DNA of 64,000 nt, taken from contig DAOVZK010000001.1 of NCBI GenBank assembly GCA_030635145.1, positions 23,381-87,380 of the forward strand. Direction: 5' to 3'. A program made the translations under genes and the position numbers. The notes under the pieces were generated by a model, which saw only the letters and a program-made list of their open reading frames with translations, did not search any database and had not been told where the DNA came from. The DNA is from Planctomycetota bacterium. GTDB taxonomy: Bacteria > Planctomycetota > Phycisphaerae > SM23-33. Below are positions 57,601 to 64,000 of this stretch, piece by piece (positions within the stretch are counted from its first letter, which is position 1; each line of letters starts with the position of its first letter).

Positions 57601-58801
57601 CCTGTGCCATCGGCAGCAAGACGGCGGCGGCGAGCAGCATGGCAATCAGTCCCAGCGTGCCGAGTTTCGCCGATTTCGGTATCGGCCGAGTGAGGATATG
57701 CTTGATCCGCTCGGTAAGCGCGCTTTTCGATTCGACAACACCGATCAACCGTAAGCTCAGGGCCGGCCGGGCCAACGACAACGTCGCAACGCTCAGCAGC
57801 GTTTCGGGATATTCGTTAGCCTCTGTGCCCATGGCGACGAGAACGGCTTCGTCGACGGCCTGTTCGCGGACGCGGCGGATGACGGCGTTGGCGATCCACA
57901 GCAGCGGATTGTAAAAGTAAAAAATCTGCAGCATGGCCTGGATCATATTGACCCACAAGTCTCCACGTTTTATGTGTGCCAACTCGTGAACCAGCACGGC
58001 CTCGAGATGCCGCGGGTTAAGTTTATCGGGTAGGTAATTCGGAATGAGAATTACCGGCCGAAATAACCCACAAACCGCGGGGCTTGTGGCACTGGGGGAA
58101 AGTTTCAGTCTGATATTACGCTTTATGTTAATCCCCGGCCGATTTTTACATTTCTCCAGCAGGCCCGTGAGTTTGTCACCGGCATCCTTAGCTTGCTTGA
58201 TGAGTCCGCTAACGAATATCGATCGCTGAATGATAAGCAGCAGCATTCCCATCGCAACGACGACCCAAACTGCAAACACCACACCCTGCCACACAATGCA
58301 AGGGTCTTTGTTATCGGCAGAATCGGTGGCGGATGGCGCAGCAGCGATGACCGTCTCGGGCGCCGCTGGTGTTACGGGCGCAGCCGAAACCGGAGAGGCG
58401 TTCTGCAGCGACATAGGCGGCAAATCCGTCGGCTCAAACTCCGTGGCCAAACCCTCACGGCTCGACGCAATCATTCCTGCCGGGAGCTCCCATGTTTCCG
58501 TTTGCAGCGGCGCAGCTGGCTGCTCAACTACCGCGGGCTCAATTACAGGATTGAGAAAATTACCCCCGACCCAATATCCGATTCCGGTTGGAGCAGAGAG
58601 TGTGACGGGTAATACCAGTTTCAGCAGCAGGAGCATCCAGAGGCAGTAGCGAATGATAGCTCGTACTTTTTTGCGAAGCAGGGTGTCCAGCAGCAGCAGA
58701 ACCGCGATCAATACGCACGACTGCAACAGCATCGGAAATGCAAATCGCATAAACCAAAATCCTGCAGTGTTCAATGATTCGACAATGGCGTTCATGTCCA
58801 T
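51623..58801 (-). CDS. Giant BlaR1/MecR1-family (peptidase M56) multidomain sensor
   Basis: N-terminal TM helices, SPAVCGLFRP, HELAHIKRGDLW, NPLLW, REQAVDE; ~2000-aa C-terminal region with carboxypeptidase-regulatory-like repeats. Confidence 0.9.
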   Translation of the reverse strand: MDMNAIVESLNTAGFWFMRFAFPMLLQSCVLIAVLLLLDTLLRKKVRAIIRYCLWMLLLLKLVLPVTLSAPTGIGYWVGGNFLNPVIEPAVVEQPAAPLQTETWELPAGMIASSREGLATEFEPTDLPPMSLQNASPVSAAPVTPAAPETVIAAAPSATDSADNKDPCIVWQGVVFAVWVVVAMGMLLLIIQRSIFVSGLIKQAKDAGDKLTGLLEKCKNRPGINIKRNIRLKLSPSATSPAVCGLFRPVILIPNYLPDKLNPRHLEAVLVHELAHIKRGDLWVNMIQAMLQIFYFYNPLLWIANAVIRRVREQAVDEAVLVAMGTEANEYPETLLSVATLSLARPALSLRLIGVVESKSALTERIKHILTRPIPKSAKLGTLGLIAMLLAAAVLLPMAQAEKKVIDEHTAAALAAMEESEKTEAPAAKDDKKDAKVCYSFDVDDGLTLSCPDKGMKIGVQDGELRIWGKTTDTKWGGAKAEVTVKDRDGEMDFSVDFKIPKRQDYGLVYLGFYPEGPTGPPMILYQWKPQKKTFFGLLESSKSKGWYQVHTMWIKVKWWLENGRGRFPDVGTEETKFVNMRMRLRENRTQVDYYVDDVLVDTLNLEKPVGRISKAQVGFQTPKLGYEYDIRFDNLKISSKLPTAKQEKAEPEKSKASEPSFKVRLPSGVVVELVGVSKLHSKNKQWWHPNGNVLKKAPCVGMKNPLKKYQYELVMKVDGHKNISDRWRVSGASTTNVGGPRDKDGRSIYNLRALGAGWKKIPKTTTVRYGIATGKWETLFKCSTTGSNSEKLGNQSAILSQPQQQDGATIINLASTITKPATRVVAVIKSGDIVQSSSTGSGGSDILIHTHKFSLPLSEIDHFEFQTRPYEWVEFKNVSLQLGHKTNVKVVVDAGEKTTGGAASVTKGADNTSLPKGKCSIRGKVVSAETGEPIPGAKVYLFYTVTLEPLFVYAAEDGSFALENIPTGPFSLRTIRTPGYQGAAYNPDDKDGLFPRFSLKEGEQRKDVLIKMKPAFRISGKILDENGKIPADISNFTVWACVRKKDSDGYEVQAIKKSTIDATDGSWFIDGLDGRAVYAMALNSTVAKRGDGYPPIYYPGTFSRKHAKLITFDDKVRSVENIDIKLKKEGGVVIEGIVTDETGQPIPEAFVVVHSHDLLFDFSTAYTDKTGHYKIQGLGEGEFVVQVDAGHRGFIRTRRPFDIDSKTPKMQLDVKLKPGATISGKFVDADGSDWEIANSYGSAYLKNSQDKDLWGVSFVQTGFHSKHQPKDVAGDRNGTGFVLGTGDYGKAGMLFPTKNTFLLQGLAPGKTKLNFFPRQKDHELLDIIYDGKSVMKDGLDVKSGEEIKSVIIKVGKAETKPPAVPKPKPAAEDAKLQKQLIGWVEKFFSRNYRDVKNRKTIEWGAPKKLADGNYSIRYKYKCSIWDKERMIGNEIFTFTSAGKYVSAKKVEGYPQWPDRKAPGKSINTAKDATFGAVVERVLPYTKKRHAVLLDLETGKFKLKKDFGENDRETHRWVRANGLDLSVVKDKGVIVGLGFDLVVMPVPHQKWSETTPAKLTSNFGLNQTEPNKITPLVPHKAPNQPGTYLIRTREDSYGILQILGTSSDPQGVKIRYKLLQKADAKAADPAKPVPYTQTMINNIQPDGSINFKSIIQYTNTYGRTLKTIGFQNSDFVHVKKMTDAAGKPLAFTSKHVGRSFRYKVTLNKPVAPGQPVLYSSSGTISKLISQTAPGKFRYRMKHYPSTGKPTRRIEIHRLPPGAKLLKIIPKSATRSIKNGRIEIFVDKIIKPGGSLTVSYNYALSPPPTPKPAPKPSARVYQFAAPNYSLVDEPMRIKPRTLDKGRNADEVSPSEAVVFGWPIRWWSSHWSGPRNTNAVTMAQGKDSVRFVVNPAARKVWVKYFDIPIDPQQYPIAVMTYRAKRTHTTSSGYVLYLDDTSGPDYGGVMPFAQKDIIPDGEVHTISCDLRPMKPIGDLIGLAVGVESAPEGKAEFELLDLRFEAAPGATSRKIELDAPRIVQVVDVSGDPIPGATVTIDAGRSNWARSVKTNADGKATVRGYRTKPGKHMLRVTADGMTPTEVRNLPSDDKQDVRVALQPEAIYRGVVHDADDKPLAGATVKINIPQRRDMSQWMRTTAEVLTNEQGKWESPPLPKTNQKVSLQIFHPDYMIPGVLFRARRSLDDMGQDATPLKVRRKLIILNGQVKNWLGRPVRDATVDVYFPGKAKRVTMRRFVTDGEGNFSMRSKKASVVLVVRAKGYAPVTMQMQLDEENAPLAIKLEPPHTLQGTVVDDEGNPLPDVAVEIMLQHEKVSPRIAKVRTGADGVFRWDGAPKDEVLVTVTKAGYETAKAKMTAGEISQPVELEKAPPVVTEPPKPRLRRKGYDPRNFRNVS

Positions 58802-58831
58802 GTTAAAATCTCCCCGAAATTGTCGGTAAGG

Positions 58832-59233
58832 CTATTGGCTTTTTTTCTCGGCCGAGCGCTTACGCTTTTTCTGAATGAGGGCTTCGAGTTCGCTGAGTTC
58901 GGCGGCGGTAAAATTATTCCCGTCCAGCAAAAACTGCATCATCGGCGTCATCGCACCGTTAAATGCACGCTTGACGGTACTCATAACCTCGCATTTCTGC
59001 GCCTGCCGCGGTGTAATAGACGAACGATACATGATGAGGTTACGCAGTCTTTCTGTTTTCAGCAGACTTTTTGTAACCATCCGATCCATCATGGTTTTTA
59101 CGGTGCTGTACGACCATTTCTTGCTTTTGACCAAAGCCTCCTGAACAGTCGGGGCAGCACAGGGTTCGTGCTCCCAAACCGCACGGATGATAGCCCACTC
59201 CCCTTCGGTTAATTGATAGCCTACCTTCGCCAT
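58832..59233 (-). CDS. BlaI/MecI/CopY-family repressor
   Basis: LTEGEW.I...VW, WSYSTVKTMMDRMV.K, F.G....M; directly upstream of the M56 gene. Confidence 0.94.
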   Translation of the reverse strand: MAKVGYQLTEGEWAIIRAVWEHEPCAAPTVQEALVKSKKWSYSTVKTMMDRMVTKSLLKTERLRNLIMYRSSITPRQAQKCEVMSTVKRAFNGAMTPMMQFLLDGNNFTAAELSELEALIQKKRKRSAEKKSQ

Positions 59234-59267
59234 AATTTTTCTCCATGTCTTTAATTGAGTAACCAGT

Positions 59268-59303
59268 TCTCTACAATTGTAGAGATGGTGTTTGCAAAGG
59301 CAA
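59268..59303 (-). promoter_or_regulatory. BlaI operator overlapping the blaI -10 box
   Basis: Perfect 18-bp palindrome TCTCTACAATTGTAGAGA (59268-59285) containing canonical TACA-NN-TGTA; minus strand TTGCCT-16 bp-TACAAT. Confidence 0.85.
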
Positions 59304-59460
59304 GACTTTCTTTAAAATTTTTTGCAGGCTGGTCGGTACGGCCAAAGAAGTTGGCATCGGTGGGACTTGAACGGCGAGGGCAAAATTCGCGTTCTCTGCG
59401 AGGCATGAGTAGGCCGAAACTGACTGGCCAACCTTTTCCACATATTTTTTCCATCAGCCC

Positions 59461-59507
59461 TTGACACCTAGGCTGCCTATGTATACAATACATAGGCAAG
59501 CAAGGTA
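59461..59507 (+). promoter_or_regulatory. PadR promoter with two tandem operator-like sites
   Basis: TTGACA-17 bp-TACAAT; CACCTAG-N5-CTATGTA (59465-59483) and TACATAG-N5-CAAGGTA (59489-59507); perfect 11-bp IR 59474-59498. Confidence 0.8.
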
Positions 59508-59550
59508 TACTGCTGGCTTAGTAGCCGATTTTGATACAGGAGTATGAGCG

Positions 59551-59892
59551 ATGGATTTTTCGAATGATTTGATTCGCGGGAGCGTGGTTCCGATCGTATT
59601 GAGCCTGCTCAAAGACAAACCAATGTACGGTTACGAGATGGTCAAGGTCGTCAATGCCCGCACTGGGGGTAAGCTGGAATGGAAAGAGGGCACGCTGTAC
59701 CCTGCCTTGCATCGGCTGGCCGGAACGGGGCTGATTTCGGCAAAGTGGGTGGCGGCACCTAAGGGCGAAGCTCCAGGCCGAAAGCGCAAGTACTACTCGA
59801 TAACGCGAAAAGGGCTGCGCGAACTGGCGCGCCGCACGGAAGAGTGGGCACAGTTCAGCCTCGCCGTCGACACGATGCTGTCGCTGGGCTAA
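59551..59892 (+). CDS. PadR-family transcriptional regulator
   Basis: MYGYE, EGTLYPALHRL, RKRKYYSIT..G, W..F. Confidence 0.95.
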   Translation: MDFSNDLIRGSVVPIVLSLLKDKPMYGYEMVKVVNARTGGKLEWKEGTLYPALHRLAGTGLISAKWVAAPKGEAPGRKRKYYSITRKGLRELARRTEEWAQFSLAVDTMLSLG

Positions 59893-59982
59893 CCTCGCAG
59901 GTAACGAAGTCTGTCTTTGGTATGTAGTGCAAGAACCGTGCAGCTGAGCCTGAACCGGTAATAAAAAATCGGAGCATTGAAC

Positions 59983-62160
59983 ATGAAAGATTACGACAAA
60001 CTTATCGCACGTTTAACGGATCGATTATCAGTAGACCCCGAGCTGCAAATGGACGTCGCTCAGGAGTTGCGGGCGCATCTTGACGACTCGGCCGCGGAGT
60101 TTCGCGAGGCGGGGCTAACCGAAGAACAGGCCGAAACCCAAGCAGCAAAAGCTCTCGGTGACCCGGACGAACTTTCCGGACAATTATGGTCGGCCAATCG
60201 CACGCGCCTGCGAATTCGAGGACTGCTTCGCTGGACGGCTCGCATTACGCTAATCCCAGCGGCTATCGGTGTAATCGTCTGCTTGTTGCTGTCGATGGGT
60301 GTTCGTGAGAATATGTTTACGATTCCCGAATCATGGGCAGACGAATTAACCGAGGAGCAGATGTACATTCTTCGCGGTGACCCCGCGGCCGAAACACCAT
60401 TGGAGCAAGCAAAGTCGATTACCGACCGTTGGCCGAAAAATCCTGTTTACTTTGGGGATTATGCTGTGTGGGCAATCGCAAAAGAGAAACTTCGTGGCCA
60501 GCTTTCAGACGCGAAGCTGAAACGATTGCAGGAACTGCTCTCCAAAGGTGAAAAGCTCGATCCAGACAACGCCTTCTATAATTTCATGCGGGCAGCGGCC
60601 CTGATAAACTCCACCTGCGAATTGAAGGATGATGAATTGCTCACGTATTTAGTGATCAACAGCCGCGGCGAGGTACAGCAAAAACCTTGCTACACTGTAG
60701 CCATTGAAAATGAAAAAATATTTCGGCAGGGATTGGCTGAATTGCGGGCGGGCCTGAAGAAACCCCGCCTCGCCATACCCAGTATCGAAATGCTGAAAAT
60801 CCGAGAAGCCATCATCCCAAAACCTCGCAACGTAACAGATATCCTTCGGCGAACTGCGATTGAAGTTTCGGTACTTTTACCTTCACTAAATGACTACAGA
60901 AATCTCAACAAAGCGGTGCTGGGTTATGCTTTGGCAGAAGCACGAAAGGGAAATTCCGGCGAGGCTTTGCAATTAGTGCAATATCTGGAGCAGTTCGCAA
61001 ATCACACCGGGGCAAACAGCTCATGCTTGATTGAACTCCTGGTTGCGCATGCAAATTACAATCTCGTAATGGGGCATGCGGCGCAGATGTGCAAAGTGCT
61101 TGGGGAGGACGATCTGGGGCAGGAGTTTCAAGCCCGATGTAAGGAAAGCGGGGCGTTTTTCAATGAACTTCGCAAACGACCTCGTGGAGATGCAAGCGAA
61201 TTGCGAGGGGCGGGGATGTATTGGGGCCTTTTCATGCCAGGCCTTCCCGGTTACACGATGAATTTTGAACCGATGCGAACAGCGGAGCAGTTCTGGATAA
61301 ACGAGTTTGGATTGTTGGCACTTTTGATGGGGCTAACGTTACTGGCTTTGCTGATGGGCGGTGTTACGCTATTGGAATTCTTGCGCCGGAGCGACAGACC
61401 CGTGCTGATGTTTGTCGGGGGGGATCGTATGGCGAAGATTTGCTTTTATGGAATTGTGCTGCCTATCGGAATTTACGCGGCATACGTGTATTTTTTCACC
61501 ATCGGACCCGATGTCTACGGTTTGAACGTCACAGTCGGGCGCGTTATTCTGGAGTTGATCTTTGTCGGTGCAATAATCTGCGTAACGCTGGTGGGGATGA
61601 GCTATTCCGCCATTCGCCGCCGGGCCGTCGAGCTGGGCCTAACCGTTCCAGAGCCACTGACCCTTCGCCGCCGCTGGATAATGTGGCCGATGGCGGGCTT
61701 ACTAACACTCGGAGTACTGGCATACCTGACTGCTTGGTGGACGGGGCATATACAACCGAGCAACAGGCCCTGCTGGAGTCCCTATTTCAATGATCTGGTA
61801 GGCGGCATCTCAAACTCACGATTCCCATCACCGGAGGCGATTATGATAGGCGCAATCATTTTCATCTTTCTATTGATCTGGGGGGTTCGGGAGCTTGTTG
61901 GTTTATTCAAAGCTCCGTACCGCCAGTTTCGACGCAGCTTGTACCGCAACATTGTCCCGATCCTCGCAGCTGCGGTTATCGTGGTGGGAATAATCTGCGG
62001 ATTCGTGCTGAACCGGGCGGAAACGGCGGCGGCAAAGCGCGTTACCGGTAATGCGATGATGTCGTTTGCAACAGAGCTTGAGCGGTGCGACTACAGAGAA
62101 ATTCGCGACCGATTCGCAGCGCGGCAGGCAGAACAAAAGCCGATAGGCTCGGATGAGTGA
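59983..62160 (+). CDS. Membrane protein with N-terminal permease-prefix/HAAS-like domain
   Basis: ELRAHLDD....FREAGL.EEQAE..A..ALGDPDEL, one TM, large extracytoplasmic region, ~6 C-terminal TM helices; follows PadR. Confidence 0.8.
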   Translation: MKDYDKLIARLTDRLSVDPELQMDVAQELRAHLDDSAAEFREAGLTEEQAETQAAKALGDPDELSGQLWSANRTRLRIRGLLRWTARITLIPAAIGVIVCLLLSMGVRENMFTIPESWADELTEEQMYILRGDPAAETPLEQAKSITDRWPKNPVYFGDYAVWAIAKEKLRGQLSDAKLKRLQELLSKGEKLDPDNAFYNFMRAAALINSTCELKDDELLTYLVINSRGEVQQKPCYTVAIENEKIFRQGLAELRAGLKKPRLAIPSIEMLKIREAIIPKPRNVTDILRRTAIEVSVLLPSLNDYRNLNKAVLGYALAEARKGNSGEALQLVQYLEQFANHTGANSSCLIELLVAHANYNLVMGHAAQMCKVLGEDDLGQEFQARCKESGAFFNELRKRPRGDASELRGAGMYWGLFMPGLPGYTMNFEPMRTAEQFWINEFGLLALLMGLTLLALLMGGVTLLEFLRRSDRPVLMFVGGDRMAKICFYGIVLPIGIYAAYVYFFTIGPDVYGLNVTVGRVILELIFVGAIICVTLVGMSYSAIRRRAVELGLTVPEPLTLRRRWIMWPMAGLLTLGVLAYLTAWWTGHIQPSNRPCWSPYFNDLVGGISNSRFPSPEAIMIGAIIFIFLLIWGVRELVGLFKAPYRQFRRSLYRNIVPILAAAVIVVGIICGFVLNRAETAAAKRVTGNAMMSFATELERCDYREIRDRFAARQAEQKPIGSDE

Positions 62161-62205
62161 TAACCAACGTTGGGGGGCGGGCCACTGTTTTGATAACCCC
62201 CGCCA

Positions 62206-62278
62206 TACGCCCGAGAGGAGTCGAACCTCTAACCTCTTGCTCCGGAGGCAAGCGATCTATCCATTGATCTACGGGCGC
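62206..62278 (-). tRNA. tRNA-Arg(CCG), no encoded CCA
   Basis: GCGCCCG acceptor stem pairs with CGGGCGT; D arm GATC/GATC; anticodon arm CTTGC-CTCCGGA-GCAAG; T arm AGAGG-TTCGACT-CCTCT. Confidence 0.97.
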
Positions 62279-62421
62279 GAAACGGCATGGAGTGATTCTC
62301 GCCAAATTTCGAGAACCACTCCCAAACCGGACTAAACTTTTTACCCAAACCGACCTGCAATATCAAGCGCATTCTTCCTGCTACCACGAGGCCAGCGTGT
62401 ACGATTCTCCGATTATTAATA

Positions 62422-64000
62422 CTAATGCATGATCATCATGACAAAATATACTGCACCCCCATATCCAACCGGCAACATAGAGCCCAGCGGGACAGCGCCC
62501 CTGGAACTAAGTAGCATTCCGCCTTCGTCCGGGATAAACACAATCATCTCGGGGCCAATGAGGCTGACGATTTTCTGTGTAGACGGAACCGACCTCAGGA
62601 ATTCGCCGGGGCCACCACGCCCGCCATTCTGCGTTGCCTGGACAAGCATCGGCCAAACCAGTTTGGTCAATGCGGGAAGATCCATCACGAAAACACCCGG
62701 GCCCTTGGGAAGCTTCTTGCCTAACTTGGCAGCCTTACTGTCAGGGGCAAATCCACTCATATTATCCTTAGCGGCGTCGATCCCTGCCTTTAATGCACCA
62801 TCGGAAAATGCGATAATCATGCGATCCTTCATCACCGCGTAAAATAAATCGTCATCCATCTGGTGGATAACAACTTTGCGATAGGTGTTGGCGGCGACGG
62901 CGGATGGTTTGGTGGTTGCGGCCGGTTTGGTCGTAGCCGAATCCGCGGTGGATTCTTCATCCGAGTCGTCGGCAGCAACCAACTCTTCCATCCCGCCGAA
63001 CTCGCACAACGCTTGCATTGCTTTCGCGGCACGGGCGGGGTCTTTTACCTCAAACACCATCCCGACGGGAGCCCCGCCGCCCATCATTGCTGTCTGGATA
63101 TCCGTAACATACCCACCACCGTTAGGCCCGAGAGATGCGGCAAGTTCGTTGAACAGCTTCGTAAACTTTTGAACCTTTTCCGACTCGGCTTTCGGTGCAG
63201 CTGGTTTTGTTTCATCTTCTTCAACGGCAACTTCTTCGGCTCCAGCCATTTCCTCTTCAGCCTCAATCACCTCCACCTCGTCGCTTTCGCCGGAGTCCTC
63301 CAGTTTGAATATGCCGGTAACGATTTTGGCGATTGCCTTGGGTTCCAGCTGGCCGGCGAACATTAAATTCGACTGCGACGGCATCAGCGCCAGCCCCGCC
63401 TTGAAATCTCCACCGATCTTTAAGCTTCGCATCAGCCCAACCTTCACGCCGGGCGTATCGATATAAATTTGGTTGGCAAAAGCATTGTCCATATATCCAA
63501 TGTACCCCCCGACACTGCGAAGCGTCTCTAACCCCAGCACCTTCATGTGCTTTTCCTGCAGGAACGTCTCGCCGCTATCCTTATCCTTTGTCATTTTCGC
63601 AATCGCGTCGAGATCCACAAACCAGCGCATTGCCCAATCTTTCATCGCAGTTTTTTCGTAAGCCTTCAACAACCCCGGATTGGCATTTTTCTTGTCGGGG
63701 GCGGACATCTTTTTGCTGATTTGGTCGGCGGCATGGATTGAGGTCGCAGCGTAAACCATGGGATGCCGTTGAGTAATCATGAACAAGTCTGTTTTTTCCA
63801 GCAACGCCTTGAGTTCAGCAGGATCTTCGGGCAGCTCTTCTGCATACCCTGCAACACCTGTCCATGTCACGCTTCCGGAGATGTAGGTAAAGCTTTTTAC
63901 TTCGTCAGATTTTTCCATCAGCACTTTGAGAGAATCGAGAAAGTCTTTGCGATACTTGGCGCCAGGGACAATGATGATGCCCATGTCGGGGTCAGAGTTT
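62422..64000 (-). CDS. Hypothetical protein, 5' end outside the window (possibly DUF3352-like)
   Basis: Open frame of >520 aa running to the window edge; acidic and ATTKP linkers; hydrophobic C-terminus. Confidence 0.65.
   Translation of the reverse strand, partial: NSDPDMGIIIVPGAKYRKDFLDSLKVLMEKSDEVKSFTYISGSVTWTGVAGYAEELPEDPAELKALLEKTDLFMITQRHPMVYAATSIHAADQISKKMSAPDKKNANPGLLKAYEKTAMKDWAMRWFVDLDAIAKMTKDKDSGETFLQEKHMKVLGLETLRSVGGYIGYMDNAFANQIYIDTPGVKVGLMRSLKIGGDFKAGLALMPSQSNLMFAGQLEPKAIAKIVTGIFKLEDSGESDEVEVIEAEEEMAGAEEVAVEEDETKPAAPKAESEKVQKFTKLFNELAASLGPNGGGYVTDIQTAMMGGGAPVGMVFEVKDPARAAKAMQALCEFGGMEELVAADDSDEESTADSATTKPAATTKPSAVAANTYRKVVIHQMDDDLFYAVMKDRMIIAFSDGALKAGIDAAKDNMSGFAPDSKAAKLGKKLPKGPGVFVMDLPALTKLVWPMLVQATQNGGRGGPGEFLRSVPSTQKIVSLIGPEMIVFIPDEGGMLLSSRGAVPLGSMLPVGYGGAVYFVMMIMH

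Noticed and set aside
51623-59233. Beta-lactam resistance locus
   Set aside because: No beta-lactamase or PBP nearby and no transpeptidase sensor domain.
62161-62278. Integrative element at tRNA-Arg
   Set aside because: No integrase and no duplicated tRNA 3' end noticed in the window.

Overview
Bacterial chromosomal window, most consistent with a Planctomycetota (Phycisphaerae-like) genome; this is inferred from gene style (giant BlaR1, TPR-peptidase, QW-toroid proteins, ATRP/TTKP linkers), not from a database search. About 50 CDS, one tRNA-Arg(CCG), and no integrase, transposase, CRISPR or rRNA. Housekeeping genes: psd-pssA, ribH-nusB, rnc, dapB, tyrA, guaA, ppiC, topA, pdxJ, tmk-holB. The best candidate for an undescribed system is a divergent ~12 kb cluster (13640-25703). 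It couples a DeoR regulator and a 2-oxoacid/acetoin-dehydrogenase-like complex (fused E1 with an atypical ThDP motif, E2 whose first lipoyl domain lacks the lysine, E3) to a PHP-fold protein and three polyol-phosphate dehydrogenase homologues (SrlD-, SorE- and MtlD-like), suggesting oxidative CoA-linked cleavage of a ketose(-phosphate). Also notable: two back-to-back transmembrane one-component sensors with readable operators (BlaI with a 2392-aa mosaic BlaR1; PadR with a HAAS-type membrane protein), a brnT-type toxin-antitoxin pair directly ahead of pdxJ, a probably non-catalytic amidase, several REP-like repeat families, and apparently leaderless genes. Start codons were adjusted from the ORF track where an RBS or family N-terminus pointed to an internal start.
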